Shown in pieces: positions 18,096-27,524 of a DNA stretch of 64,000 nt (position 1 is the stretch's first letter; each line of letters opens with the position of its first letter). The translations under genes and the position numbers were made by a program. Source of the stretch: an uncultured Bacilli bacterium (GTDB taxonomy: Bacteria > Bacillota_I > Bacilli_A > RF39 > UBA660); the NCBI GenBank assembly GCA_934090795.1, contig CAKOJQ010000006.1, forward strand, positions 7,927 through 71,926, given 5' to 3'. A model generated the notes under the pieces. That model ran no database searches and had not been told where the DNA came from. It saw only the letters and a program-made list of their open reading frames with translations.

Positions 18096-18500
18096 ATGAA
18101 GAAAAAAATCGTAATTACTATTATTGCATTAATTTTACTATCTGGATGTTCAATCAAAGAAAAGGATGAAAAGAAAAAAACATATGATATGGATGAAATC
18201 TATAAATTAAATGAACAAACAACAATATATTCTACTTTTCCTAATCCAAAATTTATTAAAGAAAATGGTGATGAAATTAATTTAAAAGAAGAATTAAATA
18301 ACAATTCAATTTCTATAGATGACATTATTTCTTTAATGGATTTATATACAACTGCTAATGATGGAGGATCTAAAATTTATAAATCAAAAAATCAGGATTT
18401 TTATCTAGTAAAATGTAATAGTTTGCCGGAAAATGGTGGAATAAAGGATATTATTATATCAAATAATTCGGATGAAGGAATAACATATTGTACAAAATAA
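18096..18500 (+). CDS. Lipoprotein, function unknown
   Basis: MKKKIVITIIALILLSGCS is a signal peptide with a lipobox (LSGC). Start moved to ATG 18096, 9 nt after GGAGG. Confidence 0.65.
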   Translation: MKKKIVITIIALILLSGCSIKEKDEKKKTYDMDEIYKLNEQTTIYSTFPNPKFIKENGDEINLKEELNNNSISIDDIISLMDLYTTANDGGSKIYKSKNQDFYLVKCNSLPENGGIKDIIISNNSDEGITYCTK

Positions 18501-18633
18501 TTAGGGAAATATTTTAAATAATATCTTTTAATTATGATTATTAAAAATAATTTTTAGAAATGCTTAAGATTTATGCATATTTACAAAATGCTGATTTTAT
18601 GTTATAGTATGCCTTAATCAAGGGGGAATTTAT

Positions 18634-19335
18634 ATGGGATATTATAGTAATGATAGTTTTGAAAATGCTAAGCTAGTTGTTAGTGCTCTTACTATTGGAG
18701 GATTTTTATTATTTGGTGGAATTAAGGCATGTAGTAAATTAAATTCAAATAGAGATAATTTTGATACTGTAAAAGAATTTAATGCAGTTATTGATTATAA
18801 TGGGGAAGGAACAATGATTGCTAAAGTTGATAACTATTCAGATTATTCTGGTGAAGTTGTTGAATACTCAACAGCAGATGGTTTACAAGTTTTGACTGGT
18901 GTACAAAATGTAGGACTAGTTAGAGCAACTGATTATAATAATGTTTATGATTTAGCAGTTGAACTATCTGGTGGTGAAGTTTCAAGAGTAACAAGTTATG
19001 ATAAATTACAAAATTTAAGTACAGGACTTGATGCATATGGTTGGAATAAAACATATAGTTTAAATTATAATTTTAATTATTGTATTATTGAAAATGAAAA
19101 TGGTGTATTTGTTAAAAAAGTAGTTTCATGGAAGGATTGGGACGATGATGACAAAGTACAAGTAGAGTTTGAAGATGGGACTGTAATTTTAACAGATTTT
19201 ACTAATCTTAAATTAGTTAATACCGAATATGCTGGAACAAATTCTTTATATAACTATGCATTAGCACTTGCTGGTGATGAATCAAGATTATTTGGTGATG
19301 TTAAAAAAGAAGATGTGAAAGTTAAAACAAGATAG
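18634..19335 (+). CDS. Membrane-anchored hypothetical protein with an internal two-fold repeat
   Basis: SD AAGGGGGA. TM segment LVVSALTIGGFLLFGGI. Two similar halves (...YSTADGLQVLTG...YDLAVELSGGE / ...EFEDGTVILTDF...YNYALALAGDE). Confidence 0.5.
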   Translation: MGYYSNDSFENAKLVVSALTIGGFLLFGGIKACSKLNSNRDNFDTVKEFNAVIDYNGEGTMIAKVDNYSDYSGEVVEYSTADGLQVLTGVQNVGLVRATDYNNVYDLAVELSGGEVSRVTSYDKLQNLSTGLDAYGWNKTYSLNYNFNYCIIENENGVFVKKVVSWKDWDDDDKVQVEFEDGTVILTDFTNLKLVNTEYAGTNSLYNYALALAGDESRLFGDVKKEDVKVKTR

Positions 19336-19348
19336 AAGGTGATTTCAA

Positions 19349-20479
19349 GTGAGAATTAAATTTAAAGGTTTATTAAAAGAAATTAATTGCGATGAAATTT
19401 TAAATTTTTTAAATAATCCAAGTAATGAATTAAATTATTATTTAATTTCAAAAAGATTTTTTAATATTGAATTTACAAGTAATGATTTATTAGAATATCT
19501 AAATTATAGAGATAATAAACAGTATACAAAAATAGTTACAATTCCTGTTGATGAAATTGATTTAAAACCAATGACTGGCATATTTGATAGTAGAGTTGTA
19601 TATTTATATAATTTAGAAATAAAATGTGCATGTGAAGATTCATTTGAATTAAAAACAAAAAAATATAGTGTTGATGAAATAAAAGAACTTGTAGATAAAA
19701 AGATTTTATGTCCAATAAAAAAGGAATATATTAAATTTTCAACACCATTAAATAAATTAGCAAATATCAAAGTATATCAAAAAGAATTGGATAAATTTCA
19801 ATATATAGGTGATTTAAAACGAAATATTACTTCGACTGATGAGTATTTTAGCTTTTTTGTAAATAAAACTAAACAAGGAATAAGTGAAAAAGCTTTAATG
19901 ATGTTAGTAGGCCGTAAAATTAGTGAATTATTTTCAGATGTAGTAAATACATATTATGAAGAAGTATATTTCTGTAATGATGGTGAAAATGAAAAAAATT
20001 ATTATCTTAATGAGTCTAAAAAAATTCAAGTATTAATTGAAAAATATAATAATTATGCTTCCAATAATGGATTAGAACTTATTTCAAATCGTGAGATTGA
20101 TGCTTTTTTAGAAAATGTTGATAATATAAATACTAATGCATTTTCAGCTTATCTTGATACTCATAAGTTAAATAATGAAGAAGCAATAAAATTAAAAAAA
20201 GCTATTTGTAAAACCGACTATTTATATGAAGATTTAAAAGATTTACTTGCTGAAAAATTTAATGTTAATGAATTTGCTAGTGAAATTATTATTAGAAACA
20301 ATGAAAATATGGCATTTGAATTTCTAATTAATTTTAAAGATGAACTTGATTATTTAACAAAGTGTAAATTATTAAGAGTTATTTTAAATTCTGGTAATAA
20401 AGAAGTTATAGATTTAGTAGTAGATGATGGATTACTAAGTGAATCAAATGTTAAAAAGTACATAAATAAGAGAAAATAA
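19349..20479 (+). CDS. Hypothetical protein (376 aa)
   Basis: From the ORF track. GTG start behind AGAAGGTGA. No recognisable motif. Confidence 0.45.
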   Translation: MRIKFKGLLKEINCDEILNFLNNPSNELNYYLISKRFFNIEFTSNDLLEYLNYRDNKQYTKIVTIPVDEIDLKPMTGIFDSRVVYLYNLEIKCACEDSFELKTKKYSVDEIKELVDKKILCPIKKEYIKFSTPLNKLANIKVYQKELDKFQYIGDLKRNITSTDEYFSFFVNKTKQGISEKALMMLVGRKISELFSDVVNTYYEEVYFCNDGENEKNYYLNESKKIQVLIEKYNNYASNNGLELISNREIDAFLENVDNINTNAFSAYLDTHKLNNEEAIKLKKAICKTDYLYEDLKDLLAEKFNVNEFASEIIIRNNENMAFEFLINFKDELDYLTKCKLLRVILNSGNKEVIDLVVDDGLLSESNVKKYINKRK

Positions 20480-20494
20480 TAATAATAGATTTTT

Positions 20495-21424
20495 ATGAAT
20501 GATTTAAATAGTAATTTAAAAATAGCGATAGATAAAATAGAAAATAATTATAATAAACATAATAATTATTTTTCTAATATTTATCCTTTTACTACTGAAA
20601 ATATTTCAGGATATATTAATTTATTTGATTTAAAAGATAAGAATTTATTAACGGTAGGTTCATCTTGTGATCAAGTTTTAAATGCAATTTATTGTAATTG
20701 CAAAGATATAACTGTTGTAGATATAAATTTATTCACAAAATATTATTTTTATCTAAAAATGGCAAGTATTTTGTGCTTAAATAGAGAAGAATTTTTAATG
20801 TTTTTAAGGTATATTGATTATCCGAAAGTATTTAAAAAGAATAAATATGTATTTAATAAAGAAATATATGAAAAAGTTAAAGTTACATTAAGATATTTAG
20901 ATTTTGAATCATTTCTGTTTTGGGATGAGTTACTTTCTACGTATGATTCAATTAAAATTAGAGAGAACTTATTTAATTATGATGAGTATAGAACAAGTAT
21001 TTTAGAAAAATGTAATTTATATTTAAGAGATAATGACTCTTATGAAGCTATAAAAACAATGATTAAAAAAATTATTCCAAGATTTATAACATGTGATTTA
21101 AAAAATTTTGTAGGAACTAAATTTTATGATAATATATGGCTTTCTAATGTAGGACAATATTTAAAGAATCAAGAATTGTATGATATTGTTTTTAAGTTAT
21201 CAAAAATATTAGATATAGACGGACAAATATTAGTTTGTTATTTGTATGATTTTACTTATGATACAAAATATTGTGATGAATGGGCTGAAATTTATGATCT
21301 TATCTCTTTAAAAATGATTTTTAAAGAGATACCATTGAATGTGAATTCTTTTCCAGGTTTAACTGGAATTATTCATAATCGTAATGATAAAGATTCAGTT
21401 CTAATTTATAAAAAAGTTAGATAA
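20495..21424 (+). CDS. Putative class-I SAM-dependent methyltransferase-like protein (DUF3419/BtaA-like?)
   Basis: LLTVGSSCDQVLNAI....ITVVDIN resembles motif I plus the acidic end of beta-2 of Rossmann methyltransferases. The assignment is tentative. Confidence 0.35.
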   Translation: MNDLNSNLKIAIDKIENNYNKHNNYFSNIYPFTTENISGYINLFDLKDKNLLTVGSSCDQVLNAIYCNCKDITVVDINLFTKYYFYLKMASILCLNREEFLMFLRYIDYPKVFKKNKYVFNKEIYEKVKVTLRYLDFESFLFWDELLSTYDSIKIRENLFNYDEYRTSILEKCNLYLRDNDSYEAIKTMIKKIIPRFITCDLKNFVGTKFYDNIWLSNVGQYLKNQELYDIVFKLSKILDIDGQILVCYLYDFTYDTKYCDEWAEIYDLISLKMIFKEIPLNVNSFPGLTGIIHNRNDKDSVLIYKKVR

Positions 21425-21567
21425 ATATTGAAAATACATTTGACTTTTCATTATAAAATATAGTATATTATGACTAGTTGAAGTTTTAACGTGGTTTAGA
21501 TTTTCCTTTCGGAATTTAGACTAGGTTATAACCGATTAATGTTTAATAGAAAGGAATGGATTTAATT

Positions 21568-21837
21568 ATGGCTGTAAGTAAAGAACAAATTGCATCTAGA
21601 GTTCAAGAATTTGCTAAAGATGCTAAAAATACTGGAGATACTTCAGTACAAATTGCTATCTTAACAGATAAGATTAACAATTTAACAGAACATTTAAAAG
21701 ATAATAAACATGATTATCATTCAAAAAGAGGACTACACTTAATGATTGGTAAGAGAAGAAGTTTATTAGATTATTTAAAGAAAAATGATGTTGTTAAATA
21801 TCGTGAAGTTATTAAAAAATTAAATATTAGAAAATAA
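21568..21837 (+). CDS. rpsO: 30S ribosomal protein S15
   Basis: [15 protein letters not shown]....[49 protein letters not shown]. 89 aa from ATG 21568. Confidence 0.9.
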   Translation: MAVSKEQIASRVQEFAKDAKNTGDTSVQIAILTDKINNLTEHLKDNKHDYHSKRGLHLMIGKRRSLLDYLKKNDVVKYREVIKKLNIRK

Positions 21838-21889
21838 GGGCACTATATTTTTTAGTGTCTTTTTATATTGAAAAAGAGAGAAGGATAAA

Positions 21890-24106
21890 ATGAAAAAAGA
21901 ATTTGTTTATGATTTTTTAGGGAGAAAATTAGTTGTTGAAACTGGAGAACTTGCTAAACAAGCTGATGGTGCTGTACTTGTTAGATACGGAGATACAGTT
22001 GTGTTATCTGCTGCTGTAATGAGTGATACAGTAGGAACTGGTGATTTCTTTCCTTTAACAGTTGTTTATAATGAAAAATTATATTCAGTTGGTAAAATAC
22101 CAGGTGGGTTTATTAAAAGAGAAGGAAAACCTACTGATGCTGCAACCCTTGCTGCTCGTCAAATAGATAGACCAATTAGACCAATGTTTGATGAAAACTT
22201 TAGAAATGAAGTACAAGTTATTAATACAATATTATCTGTTGATCCTAATAACTCCCCAGAAATGACAGCATTATTTGGTTCAAGTTTAGCACTTGGAATA
22301 TCAAAAATCCCATTTGATGGACCGGTTGCAGGAGTAGTAGTTGGTAAAATTGGTAAAGAATTTATAATTAATCCAACAAGTGAACAAATAGATAAATGTG
22401 AACTTACTGTAACAGTTGCTGGGACTAAAAATGATATTTGTATGATTGAAGCAGGAGCTCATGAAGCAAGTGAAGAAGATATGTTAGCTGCTTTAATGTT
22501 TGGACAAAAACATGTTAAGATGTTATGTGAATTCCAAGAAAGCATTATTGAAGCTGTTGGACAAGGAAAAGTAACTGTTGAACTTGCTAAGATTGATGAA
22601 AAATTAGAAAAAGAAGTTAAAGAATATGCTGAAGATAAAATGCTTGAAGCAGTTCAAATTAAGGATAAACTTGCAAGTTATGCTAAAATTGATGAAGTTA
22701 AAGAAGAAACTATTAATTATTTCTTAGAAAAATATCCTGATGTAGATACAATAGAAAAAGATGTTACTAAGATTGTTAATAATATTGAAGGAGAAGTTGT
22801 TAGAGATTTAATTACTAATAAACATGTAAGACCTGATGGAAGAGCGTTAGATGAAATTAGACCACTATCTGCATATATTGATTTACTTCCTAGAACTCAT
22901 GGATCAGCTGTTTTTACTAGAGGACAAACTCAGGCTTTAGCAACAACAACACTTGGAGCTATTGGAGAACATCAAATTTTAGATGGTTTAGGACTTGAAG
23001 ATACTAAGAGATTTATGCTTCATTATAATTTCCCTAATTTTAGTGTAGGTGAAACTGGAAGATATGGAGCTCCTGGTAGAAGAGAAATTGGTCATGGTGC
23101 ATTAGGAGAAAGAGCCCTATTACAAGTTATTCCATCTGAAGAAGAATTCCCTTATACAATAAGAGTTGTTTCTGAAATATTAGAAAGTAATGGATCATCT
23201 TCTCAAGCAAGTATTTGTGCAGGATGTTTATCACTTATGGCTGCAGGAGTTCCAATTAAAGCACCAGTTGCGGGAATTGCAATGGGACTTATTACTAAAG
23301 GTAAAAAATATACTATTTTAACAGATATCCAAGGACTTGAAGATCATATGGGAGATATGGACTTTAAAGTTGCTGGTACTAGAAAAGGTATTACTGCACT
23401 ACAAATGGATATCAAGATTAAAGGTGTTACTAAAGCAATCTTAAAAGAAGCATTAGAACAAGCTAAAAAAGCCAGAATGCAAATTCTTGATTTAATGGAA
23501 AGCGTTATTGCTGAGCCAAGAAAAGAATTATCACCATATGCTCCTAAGATTAAGATGATGAATATCGATCCAGAAAAGATTAAAGATGTTATTGGTAGAG
23601 GCGGAGAAATGATTACTAAGATTATTTTAGAATGTTCTCCAGAAGGTGTTAAGACTGTTTCTGATAAAGATGCTGTTAAAATTGATATTGAAGATGACGG
23701 AAGAGTTATTGTTTATCATACTAATCAAGAAGTTATTGAAAGAACTATGGAAAGAATTGAACAAATCGTTAGAGAAGTTGAAGACGGCAAAATTTATAAT
23801 GGTAAAGTTACTAAAGTTGAAGATTTCGGATGTTTTGTTGAATTATGGCCTGGTTGTGAAGGTTTAGTACATGTTTCTCAATTAGACAAAGAAAGAGTAA
23901 ATAAACCAAGTGATATAGTTAAAGTTGGAGATGAAATTGTTGTTAAATCATTAGGATATGATAATCGTGGAAGACTTAACTTATCAAGAAAAGAAGCCTT
24001 ATTAAGTAGTGATAAAAAGAAATCTTCTAAAGAAGAAGTTAAAGAAAATAAAGAAGAAAAAACTGAAAAAAAATCAAGAAAAGGTTTATTTAGAAAAGGT
24101 GAGTAA
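21890..24106 (+). CDS. pnp: Polynucleotide phosphorylase
   Basis: Two RNase PH domains ([26 protein letters not shown]), a KH domain (IGRGGEMI) and S1 ([15 protein letters not shown]), plus a Lys/Glu-rich tail. Classic rpsO-pnp order. Confidence 0.95.
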   Translation: MKKEFVYDFLGRKLVVETGELAKQADGAVLVRYGDTVVLSAAVMSDTVGTGDFFPLTVVYNEKLYSVGKIPGGFIKREGKPTDAATLAARQIDRPIRPMFDENFRNEVQVINTILSVDPNNSPEMTALFGSSLALGISKIPFDGPVAGVVVGKIGKEFIINPTSEQIDKCELTVTVAGTKNDICMIEAGAHEASEEDMLAALMFGQKHVKMLCEFQESIIEAVGQGKVTVELAKIDEKLEKEVKEYAEDKMLEAVQIKDKLASYAKIDEVKEETINYFLEKYPDVDTIEKDVTKIVNNIEGEVVRDLITNKHVRPDGRALDEIRPLSAYIDLLPRTHGSAVFTRGQTQALATTTLGAIGEHQILDGLGLEDTKRFMLHYNFPNFSVGETGRYGAPGRREIGHGALGERALLQVIPSEEEFPYTIRVVSEILESNGSSSQASICAGCLSLMAAGVPIKAPVAGIAMGLITKGKKYTILTDIQGLEDHMGDMDFKVAGTRKGITALQMDIKIKGVTKAILKEALEQAKKARMQILDLMESVIAEPRKELSPYAPKIKMMNIDPEKIKDVIGRGGEMITKIILECSPEGVKTVSDKDAVKIDIEDDGRVIVYHTNQEVIERTMERIEQIVREVEDGKIYNGKVTKVEDFGCFVELWPGCEGLVHVSQLDKERVNKPSDIVKVGDEIVVKSLGYDNRGRLNLSRKEALLSSDKKKSSKEEVKENKEEKTEKKSRKGLFRKGE

Positions 24107-24178
24107 TCATCTTTTTTAATTTTTGTAATAATTTTTAACAAAATGTATAAAATTATGATGAAATATTGTTTAAGATAC

Positions 24179-24345
24179 TTGACAATATTTATTAAAAATG
24201 TAATAATACAGTTGTTTGAAAAAGGAAAGCGATTGCAAGAGTCCACCTGATTGGCACAAAATTTAAAGTAGCTGATAGGTAAAAAGCCATAGAATAAAGT
24301 GAATTGGTTTTTATATGGATGAATGCATTTGGCATTCATTTTTTG
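24179..24345 (+). promoter_or_regulatory. infC operon promoter plus an L20-type attenuator leader
   Basis: TTGACA (24179-24184) with TGTAATAAT about 17 nt downstream. A ~130-nt leader ends in the hairpin ATGAATGC-atttg-GCATTCAT plus T5 (24318-24345), just before the infC SD. This layout matches the L20-controlled leader of the Bacillus infC-rpmI-rplT operon. Confidence 0.55.
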
Positions 24346-24366
24346 ATAATATGGAGGTGCTTTACA

Positions 24367-24894
24367 ATAGCAAATGTCAAAAAAGATGACTTATTAATTA
24401 ATGATCAAATTAAAGTCAATGAATTAATGGTAATTGGTCCTAATGGAGAGCAATTAGGTACTAAAGCTTTAAAAGATGCTCTAACGCTTGCATCTTATGC
24501 AGGGCTAGATTTAGTTTTAATGAATCCTGGTAATGAAAGACCTGTTGGAAAAATTATGGATTATAATAAACATAAATATGAAAAACAAAAAAGAGCTAAG
24601 GAAGCGTTAAAAAATCAAAGAGCAAATAATAAGGATATGAAAGAGTATCAATTATCAGTTACTATTGATATTGGTGACTTTAACACAAGAAAGAAAAATG
24701 CTGAAAATTATTTAATAAAAGGTCATAAAATTAAGACTTCAATTAGATTTAAAGGCCGTCAAATGGCACATACTGATTTAGGTAGAGATGTTCTAATTCG
24801 CTTTGCTGATGAATTATCAGAAGTAAGTGTAGTAGAAGCTAAACCAAGATTAGAAGGTCGTACAATGACTATGATATTGGCACCAAAAAAATAA
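24367..24894 (+). CDS. infC: Translation initiation factor IF-3 (non-AUG start, probably ATA)
   Basis: (I)ANVKKDDLLINDQIKVNELMVIGPNGEQLG...IRFKGRQMAH. GGAGG at 24353-24357 with ATA 9 nt downstream. The track's ATG at 24304 lies inside the leader terminator. Confidence 0.85.
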   Translation: MANVKKDDLLINDQIKVNELMVIGPNGEQLGTKALKDALTLASYAGLDLVLMNPGNERPVGKIMDYNKHKYEKQKRAKEALKNQRANNKDMKEYQLSVTIDIGDFNTRKKNAENYLIKGHKIKTSIRFKGRQMAHTDLGRDVLIRFADELSEVSVVEAKPRLEGRTMTMILAPKK

Positions 24895-24912
24895 GAAGGA
24901 GAGGATTTAGTT

Positions 24913-25101
24913 ATGCCAAAACAAAAAACACATAAAGCTTCATCAAAGGTATTAAAAAAGAAAAAAAATGGAGCATTAGTTTATAAAGTATCTGGTGGAA
25001 ATCATAAAACTGCTAAAGATTCTAGTAAACAAATTAGACAAAGAAGAAATAAGGGAATATTAGCGAAAGGAGAAGCTAGCAGATTAAAATCTGTTATCTA
25101 A
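24913..25101 (+). CDS. rpmI: 50S ribosomal protein L35
   Basis: MPKQKTHKASSK......KVSGGNHKT; basic 62-aa protein between infC and rplT. Confidence 0.9.
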   Translation: MPKQKTHKASSKVLKKKKNGALVYKVSGGNHKTAKDSSKQIRQRRNKGILAKGEASRLKSVI

Positions 25102-25111
25102 GGTGGTATAA

Positions 25112-25642
25112 ATGGCAAGAGTTAAAGGCGGAAACGTAGCTAAAAATAGAAGAAGAAAAGTTTTAAAACAAGCTAAAGGATATTTTGGATCTAAACATAG
25201 ATTATTTAAAACTGCACAAGAACAAACTTTCCATAGTGGAGCTTATGCATTTAGAGATCGTAAACAAAATAAAAGAAACTTTAGAAAATTATGGATTACA
25301 AGAGTTAATGCTGCTTGTAGAGAAAATGAAATTTCATATTCACAATTTATTAATGGTTTAAATAAAGCAGAAATTGAAATTAATAGAAAAATGCTTTCTG
25401 AAGTAGCTATTGATAATCCAAAGTATTTTACTGAATTAGTTAAAATTGCTAAAGATGCTTTAAATGGTAAAATGCCTAAAGCAGCTGAAGTAAAAGCAGA
25501 AAAAAAGGAAGAAAAAGCTGAAGAAGTTAAAGAAGTTAAAAAAACTGCTACTAAAAAAACAACTACAGCTAAATCTACTGAAAAGAAGACTGCAACTAAA
25601 ACTACAGCTAAAAAAACAACTTCTAAAAAAGAAGAAAAGTAG
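25112..25642 (+). CDS. rplT: 50S ribosomal protein L20 with a ~58-aa Lys/Thr/Ala-rich C-terminal extension
   Basis: [63 protein letters not shown] is canonical L20. Residues from about 119 onward are [49 protein letters not shown]. Confidence 0.9.
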   Translation: MARVKGGNVAKNRRRKVLKQAKGYFGSKHRLFKTAQEQTFHSGAYAFRDRKQNKRNFRKLWITRVNAACRENEISYSQFINGLNKAEIEINRKMLSEVAIDNPKYFTELVKIAKDALNGKMPKAAEVKAEKKEEKAEEVKEVKKTATKKTTTAKSTEKKTATKTTAKKTTSKKEEK

Positions 25643-25653
25643 TTTAAATATAA

Positions 25654-25685
25654 AATCACTATTAGAAAATAATGGTGATTTTTTT
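25654..25685 (+). terminator. Terminator of the infC-rpmI-rplT operon
   Basis: AATCACTATT, 7-nt loop, AATGGTGATT, then T5. Confidence 0.65.
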
Positions 25686-25792
25686 AGTTAAATATAGGAT
25701 TTTTGAATAAATTTGACTTTTTAAAATTAAATGCTATAATCAGTCTATACATTATTAATTTAATGTATATTTTTTTAGGAGGAAATAAAAAA

Positions 25793-26827
25793 ATGGAAAA
25801 TACAGGTGAGCTGAAACTAACATTAGATAACCTTATGGTTGAATCTGATGCAGTGTTTATAGTTCCACATAATAGACCTGACTATGATGCCCTTGGTGCA
25901 TGTGTAGGAATGAGTCTAATAGCTGGTAAACATAAAAGAAAGAGCTATATTATTATTAACGATGATATAAAAGAGTTACCAGGTGAAATAAAAAAATTAA
26001 TAGAAGAAATTAAAGTTAAACATAATATAATAAGAATAGCGGATTTAGATAGTTATCTTACTGATAATAGTTTACTAGTTTGTGTAGATGCTAATAAAGA
26101 CTATTTAGTAAGTGTTAATGATTATTTAGAAAATTTTAAAAATATTCTAATTATTGATCATCATAAAACTGATGAATATACAATTAAAACACCTAATATA
26201 TTTGTTGATACAACAATTTCTAGTACATGTGAAGAAATATCCAGATTATTATTTATGTCCAAGATTAAAATTACGCCAGATCAAGCTAATTATTTACTTG
26301 CTGGTATTGTACTAGATACCAATAGATTAACTAAAAACTTAACTTCAAAAACATTTAGTGTTTTATCTGAATTAACTAGTAGAGGTGCTAATCCGGAAGC
26401 AGTTAATAATTTATTCTTAGAAGAATTTGAACACGAAAGAGTAATGCAGAAACTTGTTGATAGTACTAAGTTTTTTACCTATTCAATAGGTATTGCTGCT
26501 GATACTAATGATAGTGGTATAATTTATTCAATAGAAGATATTGCCAAGTGTTCAGATTATATTTTAAGATATAAGGTAGATGCCTCATTTGCAATTGCTT
26601 ATATTGATCAAGATACAATAAGTATTAGTGCTAGAAGTAAGGGAAATATTGATATATCTCAAATTATGAAAATGTTTGGTGGTGGAGGAAGCACTACATC
26701 AGGAGCTGCTAGAGTAAAAGGTACAACCATTAAATGTATCGTAGATGAGCTTACCCATATTTTAAATCCAACTGCAACCTTAAGTAATGAAAAAAGTGTT
26801 GGAAAAGTGTTAAAATTAACAAAGTAG
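25793..26827 (+). CDS. DHH-family phosphoesterase (NrnA-like)
   Basis: VPHNRPDYDALGAC, VDANK, IIDHHKT and FGGGGSTTSGAA (a GGGH variant). Start moved to ATG 25793, behind TAGGAGGAA. Confidence 0.7.
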   Translation: MENTGELKLTLDNLMVESDAVFIVPHNRPDYDALGACVGMSLIAGKHKRKSYIIINDDIKELPGEIKKLIEEIKVKHNIIRIADLDSYLTDNSLLVCVDANKDYLVSVNDYLENFKNILIIDHHKTDEYTIKTPNIFVDTTISSTCEEISRLLFMSKIKITPDQANYLLAGIVLDTNRLTKNLTSKTFSVLSELTSRGANPEAVNNLFLEEFEHERVMQKLVDSTKFFTYSIGIAADTNDSGIIYSIEDIAKCSDYILRYKVDASFAIAYIDQDTISISARSKGNIDISQIMKMFGGGGSTTSGAARVKGTTIKCIVDELTHILNPTATLSNEKSVGKVLKLTK

Positions 26828-26899
26828 ATTTAGATTCTACTTTTAATTTTGGCTTGATTTAAAAAGCATTAAAGTAGTATAATAAACTTGTATTTTGAA

Positions 26900-26976
26900 T
26901 TGCCCAGTCGCCAAGTGGTAAGGCATTAGGCTCTGACCCTAACATTTCGTTGGTTCGAATCCAACCTGGGCAGCCA
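26900..26976 (+). tRNA. tRNA-Gln (CTG)
   Basis: TGCCCAGTCGCCAAGTGGTAAGGCATTAGGCTCTGACCCTAACATTTCGTTGGTTCGAATCCAACCTGGGCAGCCA. Anticodon loop CTCTGAC. Confidence 0.9.
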
Positions 26977-26984
26977 AATTATTA

Positions 26985-27171
26985 TTTAACAGATGATGTT
27001 AAGAGTAGTAACCAAAAAATATTTTATAGAGAGTTAATGATAGGTGGAAATTAACAAATATTGATAGTGAACTTACTTAACGGATGTTTAAGGTGAAGAC
27101 CGTTAAAACTAAAAGTAAAAATTAAGGTGGTACCACGGCTTATTCGTCCTTTAGAATTAGTCGTTTTTTTG
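26985..27171 (+). promoter_or_regulatory. T-box riboswitch leader, Leu specifier (CUU)
   Basis: GATGA K-turn, AGTA and AGAGAG motifs, and a GGTGGAA distal loop. Specifier loop ...GTGAA-CTT-A closed by GTTAAG/CTTAAC. T-box sequence AAATTAAGGTGGTACCACGG (27119-27138). Terminator ACGGCTTATT/AATTAGTCGT plus T7 (27135-27171). Confidence 0.8.
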
Positions 27172-27188
27172 TTATAGAAAGGATATTT

Positions 27189-27524
27189 ATGGAAAATTTA
27201 TATTTATTTTTAATCTTATTTATTATATTTTTTATTGTATTTTTAGTAGACTATTTTATTAAAAGAAAGAAAAATAAGTTAAAAAAATTTATTGGAATGG
27301 AACTACTTAAAGTAAAAAAAGAGGATTATAATAAAATAGGTATTATTTTATCAATAATTAATGCATTTATAATAAGTTCTACAGGGGTACTATGTACAAT
27401 GATAGAAATGGATAAAATATGGCAATTACTATATGGATTCGTTCTATTAGTAGCGCTCATATATGTTTTCTATGGAATTATGGGAAATATATTAGAAAGT
27501 ATTTATAAGAGGAGGAAAAAATAA
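27189..27524 (+). CDS. Small membrane protein (111 aa, 3 predicted TM helices), first cistron after the T-box
   Basis: SD GAAAGGA. Hydrophobic LYLFLILFIIFFIVFLV, IGIILSIINAFIISSTGVL and LLYGFVLLVALIYVFYGI. Its stop overlaps the leuS ATG (TAATG). Confidence 0.55.
   Translation: MENLYLFLILFIIFFIVFLVDYFIKRKKNKLKKFIGMELLKVKKEDYNKIGIILSIINAFIISSTGVLCTMIEMDKIWQLLYGFVLLVALIYVFYGIMGNILESIYKRRKK

Noticed and set aside
24304-24366. ATG-initiated 5' extension of infC; similar long 5' extensions of the ORFs at 9154, 9894, 25703, 46442, 30001 and 34160
   Set aside because: The extensions run through promoters, leader terminators or SD sequences. Internal starts with properly spaced SDs give N-termini that match the protein families.
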